Of a DNA stretch of 35,783 nt, positions 23,117 to 33,322 are shown one piece after another. The translations under genes and the position numbers were made by a program. The notes under the pieces are model-generated. The model had not been told where the DNA came from, searched no databases, and worked only from the letters and a program-made list of their open reading frames with translations. The DNA comes from Craspedostauros australis (taxonomy: Eukaryota): NCBI GenBank assembly GCA_030167865.1, contig JALAGF010000714.1, positions 62,001 to 97,783 on the forward strand, written 5' to 3'. Position 1 is the first letter of the stretch. The number at the start of each line of letters is the position of its first letter.

Positions 23117-23989
23117 ATGGCATCATCCGGTCCATCATCCACCCTGATGGGAGGCGCGCTGCTGGTTGTGGCGGCCGCAGCCACGACGTACTTCACCGCC
23201 TTCGCAGGCAAGGGATCCACGAAGGGAGATCTCGGGGATATCGACGACATGGACGACGAAGTGGAGTACATCACGGAGGACGACGTCGTGAAGGTCTTCG
23301 AGCGGCTCTTCCTGGAGATGCAGGCGGTGGTCGGTTCTTTGTCGCAGCAGATCCAGCAGATCCAAATGTCGGGACAGATGATCCCGGAGAAGCAGCTGCG
23401 CCAGATCCTTCGGAACGAGTTCGAGCGCGCGCTGTCCATCAAGCAGCAGCAGGTCTTCGACGCGTTCGGCATCGAGGAGGACTGCCTAAAGGAGGCCGTG
23501 TGGGAGATGTTCGCCAAGGAGGATGAGCAGCCGAACTCGTATCCCAAGGCCGTCAAGTCGGTGGAGCGATTCCAAAAGCTGTGGGAGAATCTCACGGGCG
23601 AGTCTGTCATCGGCAAGCGTCCGGGACAGTCCACTTCGCGCAGCGCGCCGGAACCGCCGATGGAGATCCTGTCGCCCGAGAAGGTCGTGGAGGCCGCCGA
23701 GATTTACTTCGGCGCATTGACCAAGACCATGGAGAATCTCGTCAACAAGCTCAAGGCGGAAGGCAAGAATCCGCAGGATCTAGCCGTCGCCAAGGAGCTG
23801 CAGATGGAATTCTCCGCCGTTGCCAACGACAAGGGCGAGGAGGCCCTTCAGACGCTCGGCATCAAGCTCAATCAGTTCCAGAAATCCATCGAGGCCAACG
23901 CCCAGAACCCCACGGTCGCGCGGTCGCTGGCCATGCTGCAGATGAAGCAGCAGCAGGAGCTGGCAGCATTGGGGGCCATGCCGATGTAA
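23117..23989 (+). CDS. Hypothetical alpha-helical protein (290 aa) with N-terminal hydrophobic anchor
   Basis: Strong G/C-ending codon bias from ATG 23117. Hydrophobic segment LMGGALLVVAAAATTYFTAFA, an acidic linker, then Q/E/K/L-rich helices. No family recognised. Confidence 0.85.
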   Translation: MASSGPSSTLMGGALLVVAAAATTYFTAFAGKGSTKGDLGDIDDMDDEVEYITEDDVVKVFERLFLEMQAVVGSLSQQIQQIQMSGQMIPEKQLRQILRNEFERALSIKQQQVFDAFGIEEDCLKEAVWEMFAKEDEQPNSYPKAVKSVERFQKLWENLTGESVIGKRPGQSTSRSAPEPPMEILSPEKVVEAAEIYFGALTKTMENLVNKLKAEGKNPQDLAVAKELQMEFSAVANDKGEEALQTLGIKLNQFQKSIEANAQNPTVARSLAMLQMKQQQELAALGAMPM

Positions 23990-24292
23990 GAGTTGGCTGT
24001 TTTCCGAAGCGTTCTCACGAGTGTCTCAGCAACGTGAGTCTGGGAGAGTAACTGCTGTTCTCTGCCCCATCGAACTCGTATAACATCTAAATACACCGCT
24101 GTATCCTCATACATTTGCATAAAGATGTCGTAGCAGATCTTTAGCAAGTTTGACTAGAGTAGCTCGAACCGTATTCCACACCAACAGTAGAGTACAGTAG
24201 AGCCTGTTGTTGCATTATCATCCTTTCGCCAACGTTGACACCTACTCGCACGTGTCTCGTAGCATACGTGCCGTACGTATGTGTATTTCACG

Positions 24293-27292
24293 TCACGGTT
24301 TGGGCATTGGTGGGAGGTCCACCTTGATGGCCGGTTCCAGCCGATCTTCACCGTGATCATCGTTTTCCCTCTCTCCAAAGTCTTGCTCCTCGTCATCCAC
24401 CGTCTCTTGCATTTGTGCTGGTAACGGTGCTCGTTCTTGTATCTCTACTGGCACGGCTGCTGGGATTTGCACACCCAAGGTCTCTACAACCCTCTCCACT
24501 TTGCTCTTGAACATACCATCCTTCTTGCAACGTTTCACCAACTCGAGGATAATTCCCTTACGTCTCGCTTCCCTTGCTTCGTCTTCTGGTGTCAACACCA
24601 ATGACGACGACGACTCCATCAAATTGGAACAGGCTCGCAGCATCAGAACATACGTGTTGGCATCCACAGAGAACTCGCTGGAGTGCAGATTGTCAAACGC
24701 CAGCTGCGCGGCCTTCCAGGCTTCCTCCTTGTGCTCCAGCTCCCGCCCGCACACGGCGATGTACGTGTTCCAGAATTTGCGATGCGTCGTGATCTTCAGT
24801 TCCTGCGCGATCTCCACGATGCGATCGGCCTTTTCCAGCATGCTGATCTGAGAATTGCGATTGCACGAAATGATGAACAGGGCCTCCTGCAGGATGCTCA
24901 CGGTGGGACGGCACGTCGAATTCAGCGTCTTGTAATCGTGCACCATGTCCTCCAACACGCCGCTCACCTGCTCGGCCGCATCGAAAACTTGGTTCAACGC
25001 GAATGCCTTCACCGTCGTCATGTAGGGCACCGCGTTGGGTTGCACCGCCGCGTTGCCGGTGTTCTTGTATTCCTCGCGCACGGCATTCAAAATGCCCCTC
25101 GCGCGGTAGGGCCCGTTGTGCTTCGAGTGGATCTTGATCATGATGGTGGATATGACCTGATCATGGACGTTCAGCTCCGGGATGTTCCACGTTCGCATGC
25201 TCTTCATCAGCTGCTCGGCACGTTTCGCACCCGCCGCACGGTTGCTCTTCTCGTACACATCCAGCACGGTGGCGATGAAGGTCGCGTCGGGCAGCATCTC
25301 TTTTCTGCCGCTTCGCATCATTGTTTCGAAGATGTGATCAATGTGTCTGAAGATTCCGGGTTGGCGTTCTATGGCAAGCGCATGGACCAGGCTGTTGTAC
25401 GAGATCTTGTCGGGCAGCAGTGTGTCGTGACCACTGTCTTTCGCAATCTGTTCCATGCGCTGCAACAGGCCTTGGACGCGCGGAAGACGATCTTTCACGT
25501 CTCGGTTGCGCGCGTACGCATTGAGCAGCAAGTTGTACGGGTAGTTGCTGAGCTGATCATCCATGCGTGCTGTGGTGTCGTTGCCATAACTACCACCTTC
25601 CTCCTCCTCCTGATTCTGCTGTTCATGTCGCAAGATGAACAATTTCTCCATCCTCTCCAGGATGGCCTCCGCCTTGCTCAACGATTCGGCCGTGCGTTGT
25701 TTCGTGTGGGCCGACAGCACGATGGTCGACATCTGAAAGGTCGGCTTGAGATGCCCGCTGCCGGAACGTTCGTGCAGTTGCTCGGCCCACGCCAGCAGTT
25801 CCTCAACCTTGTCCGCGTTGCCAATATCCGCCCATGCCGCCATGGTGGCGCAAATGTGTTCGATCTGCAGGATGTGATATTCCGGGTGATTGCGCTGCAC
25901 GTTCTCCAGATGCAGCAGGATTCTGTGGCAGATGTCGGGATAGCGGCGATGCACTTTCAAGACGCTGCCGGCAAGGAAGCGCAGGGCATCCTGATCCGCC
26001 TTGTTCTCGATGCCCTCTTGGATGCCCTTTTGGAAGGTGTTGAAGACGTGCTCCCCAGCGCCGGGAATGTTGGAATTGGCCCAGGCCTGGATGATGCTTT
26101 CGGAGGTGTAGACGGAAGAGGAAAGCTGCACCTTGCCGTATCCTTCCACCTCTTCGATGACTCGCATGAGCTCATCGATGCGACCTCGCTTGGCGTAGGC
26201 GCGCAGCACGGCGTGGCACGAACGATCGTCGATGATAAGGCCGTCGTACTGCTCCAGCATGGTCTGCAACCACTGGTATGCGCGATCGCTCGCGTCCGGG
26301 ATGTAAGAATGCGAGATGCAGTAGATAAGCGCACCTATGAGCTGCTGTTCGATTTCTACCTCTGTGACCATGCCAGACTGTTGCCATCGCTCATACAGAA
26401 GTTCGGCAGAATCGATCATGGCCGCTTCATCGTGATGGATGGTTTTTGGTTTCTTATCTTGACGTCCATCACTGTGATGGCGTTGCGATGTCATGAACTT
26501 GCCCCAAGCAAACATCGCAGTGACGATATCCTTCGATGGATCCGAGCCGGGCTGTCGGATCGGCGCTGCTTCGTCATCCGCCACCATCTGCTGCTGCTTC
26601 TCATGATGATCCAGCAGCATGTGCGCCAATTGATCCGTCGTATTGGCGATGTCCTTCCACAGCTTGACATGGCGCAACGGAACTACGTGCAGGATCGCGT
26701 GCCACGACAACAGCAGATTCTGGCACTGCTTCTGGCTTTGGTGCAGATTGTCCACGCATGACAGGTCGGCCGAAGAAAGATACTGTCTGGATGTTTGCAA
26801 CAACGAAACGGCCTTGGATCTGGATGGAACATCAAACCGATGAAGTTTCGCCTTGTCCGCATGCAGTCGAGCTCTGGAGTCCTTGCGCTGTGCTTTGGCA
26901 TCGGCGGCGGAATGGAACCGTTGCAGATCGTTGGCACGATCCAGCGGGGTCCATCGCATGTGGGCCTGTTGGTGGAGCTGTTGGTGCAGCTGACCATGGC
27001 GATGTTGGGAGTGAGTGATGGCTGGCTGGCTGGCTGAGCAAAAGTTGATCGAAGGACGCGCTGATGTCCACCATCGTGTTTGTGCACCTCCGCTCGTTGA
27101 AAGCTGCCTTGATCCACGCAAAGGCGTCTGTGCATCTTGCCATCGCAGAAGCACTGCTTGGCTTGCAACGCTCCTCGTCGGCTCTGCACTCGGCAAGCGT
27201 CGCAACATCTGTGGCATCCACCTCTTCCTCGCGCTGCATCCACTGTTGCTGATTTTGCTATTGGCGGAGGTCTTGACTAAGATAGACCTCAT
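24293..27292 (-). CDS. Pentatricopeptide repeat (PPR) protein, probably organelle (mitochondrion)-targeted
   Basis: Degenerate PPR units such as SCHAVLRAYAKRG, LKPTFQMSTIVLSAHTK, YPYNLLLNAYAR, LLPDKISYNSLVHALA, VQPNAVPYMTTVKAFA and VDANTYVLMLRAC. R/S-rich, acid-poor N-terminus. Start uncertain (ATG at 27499, 27292 or further downstream). Confidence 0.88.
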   Translation of the reverse strand: MRSILVKTSANSKISNSGCSARKRWMPQMLRRLPSAEPTRSVASQAVLLRWQDAQTPLRGSRQLSTSGGAQTRWWTSARPSINFCSASQPAITHSQHRHGQLHQQLHQQAHMRWTPLDRANDLQRFHSAADAKAQRKDSRARLHADKAKLHRFDVPSRSKAVSLLQTSRQYLSSADLSCVDNLHQSQKQCQNLLLSWHAILHVVPLRHVKLWKDIANTTDQLAHMLLDHHEKQQQMVADDEAAPIRQPGSDPSKDIVTAMFAWGKFMTSQRHHSDGRQDKKPKTIHHDEAAMIDSAELLYERWQQSGMVTEVEIEQQLIGALIYCISHSYIPDASDRAYQWLQTMLEQYDGLIIDDRSCHAVLRAYAKRGRIDELMRVIEEVEGYGKVQLSSSVYTSESIIQAWANSNIPGAGEHVFNTFQKGIQEGIENKADQDALRFLAGSVLKVHRRYPDICHRILLHLENVQRNHPEYHILQIEHICATMAAWADIGNADKVEELLAWAEQLHERSGSGHLKPTFQMSTIVLSAHTKQRTAESLSKAEAILERMEKLFILRHEQQNQEEEEGGSYGNDTTARMDDQLSNYPYNLLLNAYARNRDVKDRLPRVQGLLQRMEQIAKDSGHDTLLPDKISYNSLVHALAIERQPGIFRHIDHIFETMMRSGRKEMLPDATFIATVLDVYEKSNRAAGAKRAEQLMKSMRTWNIPELNVHDQVISTIMIKIHSKHNGPYRARGILNAVREEYKNTGNAAVQPNAVPYMTTVKAFALNQVFDAAEQVSGVLEDMVHDYKTLNSTCRPTVSILQEALFIISCNRNSQISMLEKADRIVEIAQELKITTHRKFWNTYIAVCGRELEHKEEAWKAAQLAFDNLHSSEFSVDANTYVLMLRACSNLMESSSSLVLTPEDEAREARRKGIILELVKRCKKDGMFKSKVERVVETLGVQIPAAVPVEIQERAPLPAQMQETVDDEEQDFGERENDDHGEDRLEPAIKVDLPPMPKP

Positions 27293-28019
27293 CCCAACAG
27301 TGCCTTCTGGACGTCCCTTGTCCACACTTGTGGATGCCTCTCTCCCTCTCGAACGGACACAGAGGTATTCTTGTTGATGGACACGAGCTGCAAATACTAA
27401 TTCAAGGGTGGGGAGTGTGGTACGAAGCTGCGTTACGGCGACGAGTAGCAGCGCGGTCTGTGCCTGTTGGTTGGAGATCTTTCTTGTCTTCTCTGTCATC
27501 GTCGTACCCACACAATACTCTCCAGCGAAGAAGGTTGTCAACTCGCTTTGGACTGGATACGCACAGAATCATCATCCATCACTGGCGGCCACACTCGATT
27601 ACTTCGAATACAACGAACCGTCTTCGACCTCTTCGATCACAAGGCCGACCATGGCGAAACGTGATCGTTGTGTTGGTCGCCATCGACACGCTTTGGCGCG
27701 AACGACTCGTCACCAACAACGAAAGCGAACACGATGTGAATCGGAATCTGCCTTCACTCCTCCCTCCGTGACCACGAAAAGGTCTTCTGCTGATGTCCCT
27801 CACCACACACCATGTTGTACGAGTCGTACCATGAGCGACAACCACACCACCACAATTTCTCCACAAGTTAGCATTTCGATTTCGCGCCATCCGCCGTTTT
27901 GCACTTTCCATTTGCATTTTCGGCTGCGTCTTTGACTGCATTTTCTGGACAGGAGACGAGACACCAACAATCAACTGACTACACTATACAGGCTTTAATG
28001 CCAAGAGCAGCTCGTCACT

Positions 28020-28046
28020 CCATCACCATCACCATCACCATCACCA
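28020..28046. repeat. (CCATCA)n hexamer repeat upstream of the kinase
   Basis: About 4 tandem copies of CCATCA. Confidence 0.8.
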
Positions 28047-28175
28047 CAATCGCAGAGCGTTCACGCAAGATTCGTGCCGACTGGGTTCCACAGAGACAGG
28101 TTGCCCCCAAAGGCCACACCGTCCACCGAAGAGGCAACAGAGCGAAAGGGAAGCGGCACAACAGCAAAGTTCCCA

Positions 28176-30624
28176 ATGGAGAGCCGCCCAAGACAGATTC
28201 CGTCCATCATCGCGGAGGAAGACTCCGATGATGAACATCTTGGCAGCAGCCGCGACATCATCAATGAAAACAGCCTCAGTGGCATTCGCGTCGGTGGCAA
28301 GGCAGGCTATCACGTCGTTCACTTTGATGATGGCAGTCAACGCCAGGGATACGAAGTAGATCCAAGTTCAGCCACGGACAATGCAACGAATGGTATCAAC
28401 GACCACAGTGGTCACAATGGCGACTCCAATGAGATCGGCAATCATCACGGGAAAGCAGAGGACGATGATCCCAATCAACACAACCGGGAACAACATCAGA
28501 ATAGCCAACAGGAGAAACACCAGGAGACACATCAGGAGACACAGCAACAGCAACCACAGGAGCAGCAACAACCGCAGCAACAACAACAAGATTCGATGCA
28601 AAGCCAACAGCATCCGAATGGGCATGATGCCGAGGAGGATGCCATCCCTGGACCATCCAATGCGGAGCTATCGAAGAGGCAATCCGATGTTGACCTTTCC
28701 ATCTCGCAGGGGATGGACAAGAGCGATCGGTACGTCCGTGGCAAAGGCGTGCTGGCCTCGCGCAAGGACCTCAACATGCCGCCCGATGAATTCGCCGACG
28801 GTTGCATCCTGCTGCAGCAGGCGGCCAAGGGCGATCAAGCGGCGATGGAGCAGCTGCTCGCGAAACGACCAGGTCACGCCAACTTTCGGGATTACGATCG
28901 CCGCACGGCCTTGCATGTCGCGGCTTCGGAGGGGCATCTCGACATCTGCAAGTACCTCATCGAGAACGGCGCCAGCATCAATCGCAGCGATCGCTGGGGT
29001 GGATCGCCGCTGGATGATGCGCACCGCCATCTTCATTCGGCGGTCGTCGCGTTCTTGCGAGATCAGGGCGCGACCACGGGCAGCTCCAATCAGAATACGA
29101 ATCTCATCACGGCGGCGGCGGAGGGGGACACAGGCGAGGTCGCCATCCTCATCCAGATGGGGCAGGTCAGTCTCGACGAGGGGGATTACGACAAACGGAC
29201 GGCCCTGCATCTGGCGGCGGGAGAAGGCCACGATGACATCGTCGACATCATACTCAAGGCGGGCGCCGACGTCAACGCCATGGACCGATGGGGCAATCGA
29301 CCGTTGGATGATGCCGAGCAATCCAAGAACCAAGCCTGCATCACGTTGATCAAGCAGAATGGCGGCGTTCGCGGACTCAAGAAAAAGAACTCGCTCGACT
29401 CGTCGTCGATGCGACGTGAGATGGCCAATCTCGAGGTCGACTTTGCAGAGATCGACATGATCGAGAAGATCGGCGCCGGCGCGTTTGGGGAGATTTACAA
29501 ATGCAACTGGCGCGGCACGCAGGTCGCCGCCAAGTGCATCCGGTCCGCCAAGATCCGGAAGGAATGGAACAAGAAGCAGTTCATGAATCGTCTGGCCGGT
29601 GGCGAAGACGTGGATGATGTGCTGGCCGAAGCCGACGAGACCCCCATTTCGCCAGAGGACAAGCAGCTCGCCATGGAAGATTTTCGCACGGAGATTTCCC
29701 TCCTCAAGTCCCTGCGACACCCGCACATCGTGCTGCTGCTGGCGTACTCGACGTTGGATGACAACCAGGTGCTTATCTCGGAGCTCATGAAGTGCTCGCT
29801 GCTCGATGTCTTCAAGGCCAATCGGATTCACAAGAAGAAGCTCAACACGCGCGATGCCATCACCTACGCGACTCATCTGTCACGGGGCATGCTGTATCTG
29901 CATACCTGCCGGCCACCGATCATCCACAGGGACCTCAAGCCCGCCAATCTGCTCATCGATCAATCCGGCATCCTCAAGGTTGCCGACTTCGGTCTCTCCA
30001 AGGCCCGCCCGGATCCCAAGCAAAGCGAGAAGGATCAATTCACCATGACAGGCGAGACGGGATCGTACCGCTTCATGGCGCCCGAAGTGTTCCGCCACGA
30101 GAACTACACGGAGACCGTGGACATCTACTCATTCGCCATGATCTTCTTCTACATGCTCGATGGCAACCCGCCGTGGCCCAACGAGAATGGCGTCGCCGCC
30201 GTGCGCATGGCAGCGCTGGACGGTGACCGGCCCATCCTGCCGCGCAATTGGGATGCGAGATTCCAGACGCTGCTGCAGGAGTGCTGGGATGAGAATCCCA
30301 AGACCCGGCCGCCCTTCAAGAAAATCCTCTCCGTTCTCAACGACTATGCCCGTACGTCTTCATATGTGATCGCAATGGATATTGTTGCTGCTGCCTTTGC
30401 TGTTGCGACGCGTCTTTAGTTGCACGTGCTTGCTGACCTACCGAATGTCCCGCTCACCAATTGCTCGCCATCCGTCTTCATGCGCATCTATACCTGCATT
30501 CCATGCTCATTGCTGTTGAAACGTTCTTTGTTGCTCAGGAGATATGCCCAAGACGACAATGCATCGGACTCTCAGCACCATGTCCGTATCCAAAGACACC
30601 GGGTGTTCCTGCGCAGTGATGTAA
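28176..30624 (+). CDS. Ankyrin-repeat TKL/Raf-like protein kinase (plant ILK-like); exons 28176-30351 and 30539-30624
   Basis: Two copies of the ankyrin pair DYD.RTALH.AA.EGH / DRWG..PLDDA. Intact kinase motifs IGAGAFGEIY, VAAK, HRDLKPANLL, DFG and GSYRFMAPE. Predicted intron 30352-30538 (GTACGT...CTCAG) gives the tail RDMPKTTMHRTLSTMSVSKDTGCSCAVM*. Confidence 0.93.
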
Positions 30625-31065
30625 GACCAATGGGGCGGAGTAAAGGACACATCCTCGCAGCTCTCGTTGGTATTGAATGGCAGTGCAAACGCTTGCATCG
30701 CAGTTCATTCAACAGGTCGATGCGCCAGTACGATGTGGAATGATCCAAGGGCGATACCGACAGAGAAGCATGGATGACGTACGCGCACACTCGAAGCACA
30801 ATCGATATCGTATATACCATACATAGAGTACAAGATTCTAACAGGCATCGCTGCTGATCGATCGGTCGATAGTTTGTTTCCACAGTAGATGTGCAGTGCA
30901 GCTTCTAGGGCATCATCAAGTTTTGTATCTATTATATGTCTATGCTGTGATGAAGGCAAGTCATCGGCAGATACTTGAATCTGCCTTCATGCTTGCGGCG
31001 AGGCGTTGCCGGCCCTCCGCGCAAAAAGGGGGAGTGTCCGGCGCAACGCCCATGAGCTCGCAGCG

Positions 31066-32430
31066 TCATCTGGACCGCATCCTGCTGGTGGTCTTGTCGC
31101 TGATGTCCATGTAGTAAAACGTCCGGCCTTCGAACTTGACACGATCGCCATCCTTGACCTCCGTGCGACGCAGGGATTGATATCGCCGTGCGTCGGTGTC
31201 GGACCGGAAGCGCTTGGAGTACTGTTCGTCGTAACGCGAACGCTCATGGAGGCTGTGATGTCGTTGTGAGCTCGGAACGTAGTTGTGTGGCGGGGATCGG
31301 TAGCTCCACGGCCTGTAGCTGTACTCGTCGCCTTGTCCATGCTCACGGCTCTTCGGATGCGAGGGGGCGCTGTACCTGCGGCCTTCGCTGGCGCGACGAT
31401 GATGGCGCATGGCACGCGAGTATTCGCCGTCGTAGATGTCCGTGCCGTCGGCGATGTTGAGCAGTATCTTTTCGAAGGAGTCATCGTCGTGGCTGATGCT
31501 GTCATTGCTGGTGTTCGTTGGCTCCGCCGGTGCCGGCGGCCATGGCTTCGTTGACGAGGCTGCGCGCGAATGCGAATACGAGTACGAGTACGGGTGCACC
31601 GGTGCCATGCCATGTGAGTCCTGACGTTGCTCCGCCATCGATCGCGACATGTCGTGGGACTCCGATCCCAGCAATACGATGTCGCCTTCCTCGGCCGTGA
31701 CCGTGGTGGCATCCGTTGTGCTTGTGGTTGTACTGTTGGTGGTGGTGAGGGCCGGATCACCGTCTGTGGTGACTATCCGTGCGTGGCTGGTGGTGGTCTT
31801 GAACATGTGGCGGCTCATCTGCTTGCACATGTCCTTGCGACCGCGCAGGAAGTAGGGATGGGAGAAGATCCGCTTGCGCTTGGAGCGGTTGCCGGAGCCT
31901 CTGGAGAAGTTCCACATGTTGAGCTGACGCTGGAAGCTGCGGTACTTGGTCTGCGAGTAGAACTTGGGTAGTATCTCGACCAGCCGGTCCGTGTCATGGA
32001 CGAGGAAGGCATCACCGGCGGCATTCCAGGATGCTATCGAAGTGAGGCCCTTCTCCTCCAGGTGGTCCAGCATGTCATGGAGCTTACCCGGGAACTGGTT
32101 GTCAGATCCTCTGTGTGTTGCGCATGTGGATACGGACGTGGATCCTGCTGCTGCTGCTGCTGACATTGTTGTTGGGGGTGCATCCGAGGTGGCGCTGTAC
32201 CCATTGTGCGTGGGGCAGTGTGTTTGTGAATCGTTGTCGTCGCTGACTTGACCCGCCGCGCTTGTTGAGCTTGCGGCATAGCCGTATCCATGGCCATCGT
32301 CGTTGTCATGATGGGTACCAATGCTGCTGGTGCCGCTGGCGCATCTCAGGATTGGATCCCCGCAGGAGTAGGCGGCGATGGGGATGCCTGTGGGTGTTGA
32401 GACTCGATGTCGCTTTCGAGATGACACCAT
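31066..32430 (-). CDS. HSF: Heat shock transcription factor (HSF-type DNA-binding domain)
   Basis: FPGKLHDML...IASWNAAGDAFLVHD...ILPKFYSQTKYRSFQRQLNMWNFSR...FSHPYFLRG. Low-complexity flanks and no obvious HR-A/B heptad. Confidence 0.95.
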   Translation of the reverse strand: MVSSRKRHRVSTPTGIPIAAYSCGDPILRCASGTSSIGTHHDNDDGHGYGYAASSTSAAGQVSDDNDSQTHCPTHNGYSATSDAPPTTMSAAAAAGSTSVSTCATHRGSDNQFPGKLHDMLDHLEEKGLTSIASWNAAGDAFLVHDTDRLVEILPKFYSQTKYRSFQRQLNMWNFSRGSGNRSKRKRIFSHPYFLRGRKDMCKQMSRHMFKTTTSHARIVTTDGDPALTTTNSTTTSTTDATTVTAEEGDIVLLGSESHDMSRSMAEQRQDSHGMAPVHPYSYSYSHSRAASSTKPWPPAPAEPTNTSNDSISHDDDSFEKILLNIADGTDIYDGEYSRAMRHHRRASEGRRYSAPSHPKSREHGQGDEYSYRPWSYRSPPHNYVPSSQRHHSLHERSRYDEQYSKRFRSDTDARRYQSLRRTEVKDGDRVKFEGRTFYYMDISDKTTSRMRSR

Positions 32431-32452
32431 GGGTGATGCTCTGCTCTGCTCT

Positions 32453-32566
32453 TTACTCTGTTGAGTATGAGTATAGTATGATGAACTCGTATTTGTGCGA
32501 ATGTGGATGCAGGTCCGCGATACTGTATTGGTGATGTGATAGCGAGCACAGATGCTTTTGTTGCAT
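32453..32566 (-). promoter_or_regulatory. Putative upstream ORF (37 aa) in the HSF 5' leader
   Basis: The only minus-strand ATG I found between 32431 and about 33162. It stops 22 nt before the HSF ATG. Confidence 0.4.
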
Positions 32567-33290
32567 TCGCAGTTGACGATGTAATTGGTGATGTCGCTGG
32601 TCTGCGTGACGTACGACTAGGAGTGCGGTTGAGTGCGATTGCGTATGGTGCGAGTATGGGGTTGCACGCCGCGGCCAATGCTGCCGTTGTGGCTCCAGCG
32701 TACTCGTGATGTGTTGCGTTGTGTTAGTACGGAAATCCGCACGCGGTATGTAGCAATAGGTGGCACAATCCCGAAGCACAAGGGTGCAGGTGCAAGTGCA
32801 AGTGGAGCGACTCTCACACTCGGAGGTGAGCTGTAGTATTGGAAGAGACGATGTCCGTATTCGTGCTCTTCTTGTACGAACAAGCACGATACCCTATCTG
32901 CCCCCTTCGAGTCCTGCCGTTGATTGATCAGGCTTTTCTTACGACCCCGAAGTGTGGTTTGCTCACAAAGTAGTCCAACCGTGCGAAGACAGTCGTTTGG
33001 TATTGGATGCTGCCGTTCTGCGCGCGTGTGTGTGTGTATCACGCCGCTTCACGTTGCGCTGTGTTGCGTTGATTTGCTTCGGCTATTGAAGTTGGGCGGC
33101 GCGGAGTCTTGAGGGGAGGCACCTTGCCGAAATTCAAAGGTGATGTTCCTACGATCTGCTCCCATGTACCTATCGTATCTCCTGTGTCGAACCAATGATG
33201 GTTGGCAGCGAGCACATGCAATGGAGACGAAATCACGCGCTGTTGCAATTTCTTCAATAAAGCGCTGCCGCTTTGGCTTCCTTTTGTCAA

Positions 33291-33322
33291 TCTCCTGGAC
33301 TCTTCCTGGACTCCTCCTGGAC
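33291..33322. repeat. Short imperfect tandem repeat (core TCCTGGAC x3)
   Basis: tctcctggac-tcttcctggac-tcctcctggac. Confidence 0.7.

Noticed and set aside
24683..26761. 692-aa + strand ORF
   Set aside because: Antisense shadow of the PPR gene caused by codon bias. It has no domain-like motifs.
28381..29876. 402-aa antisense ORF and 322-aa alternative-frame ORF
   Set aside because: Both overlap the kinase and have the R/S-rich or shadow composition typical of non-coding frames.
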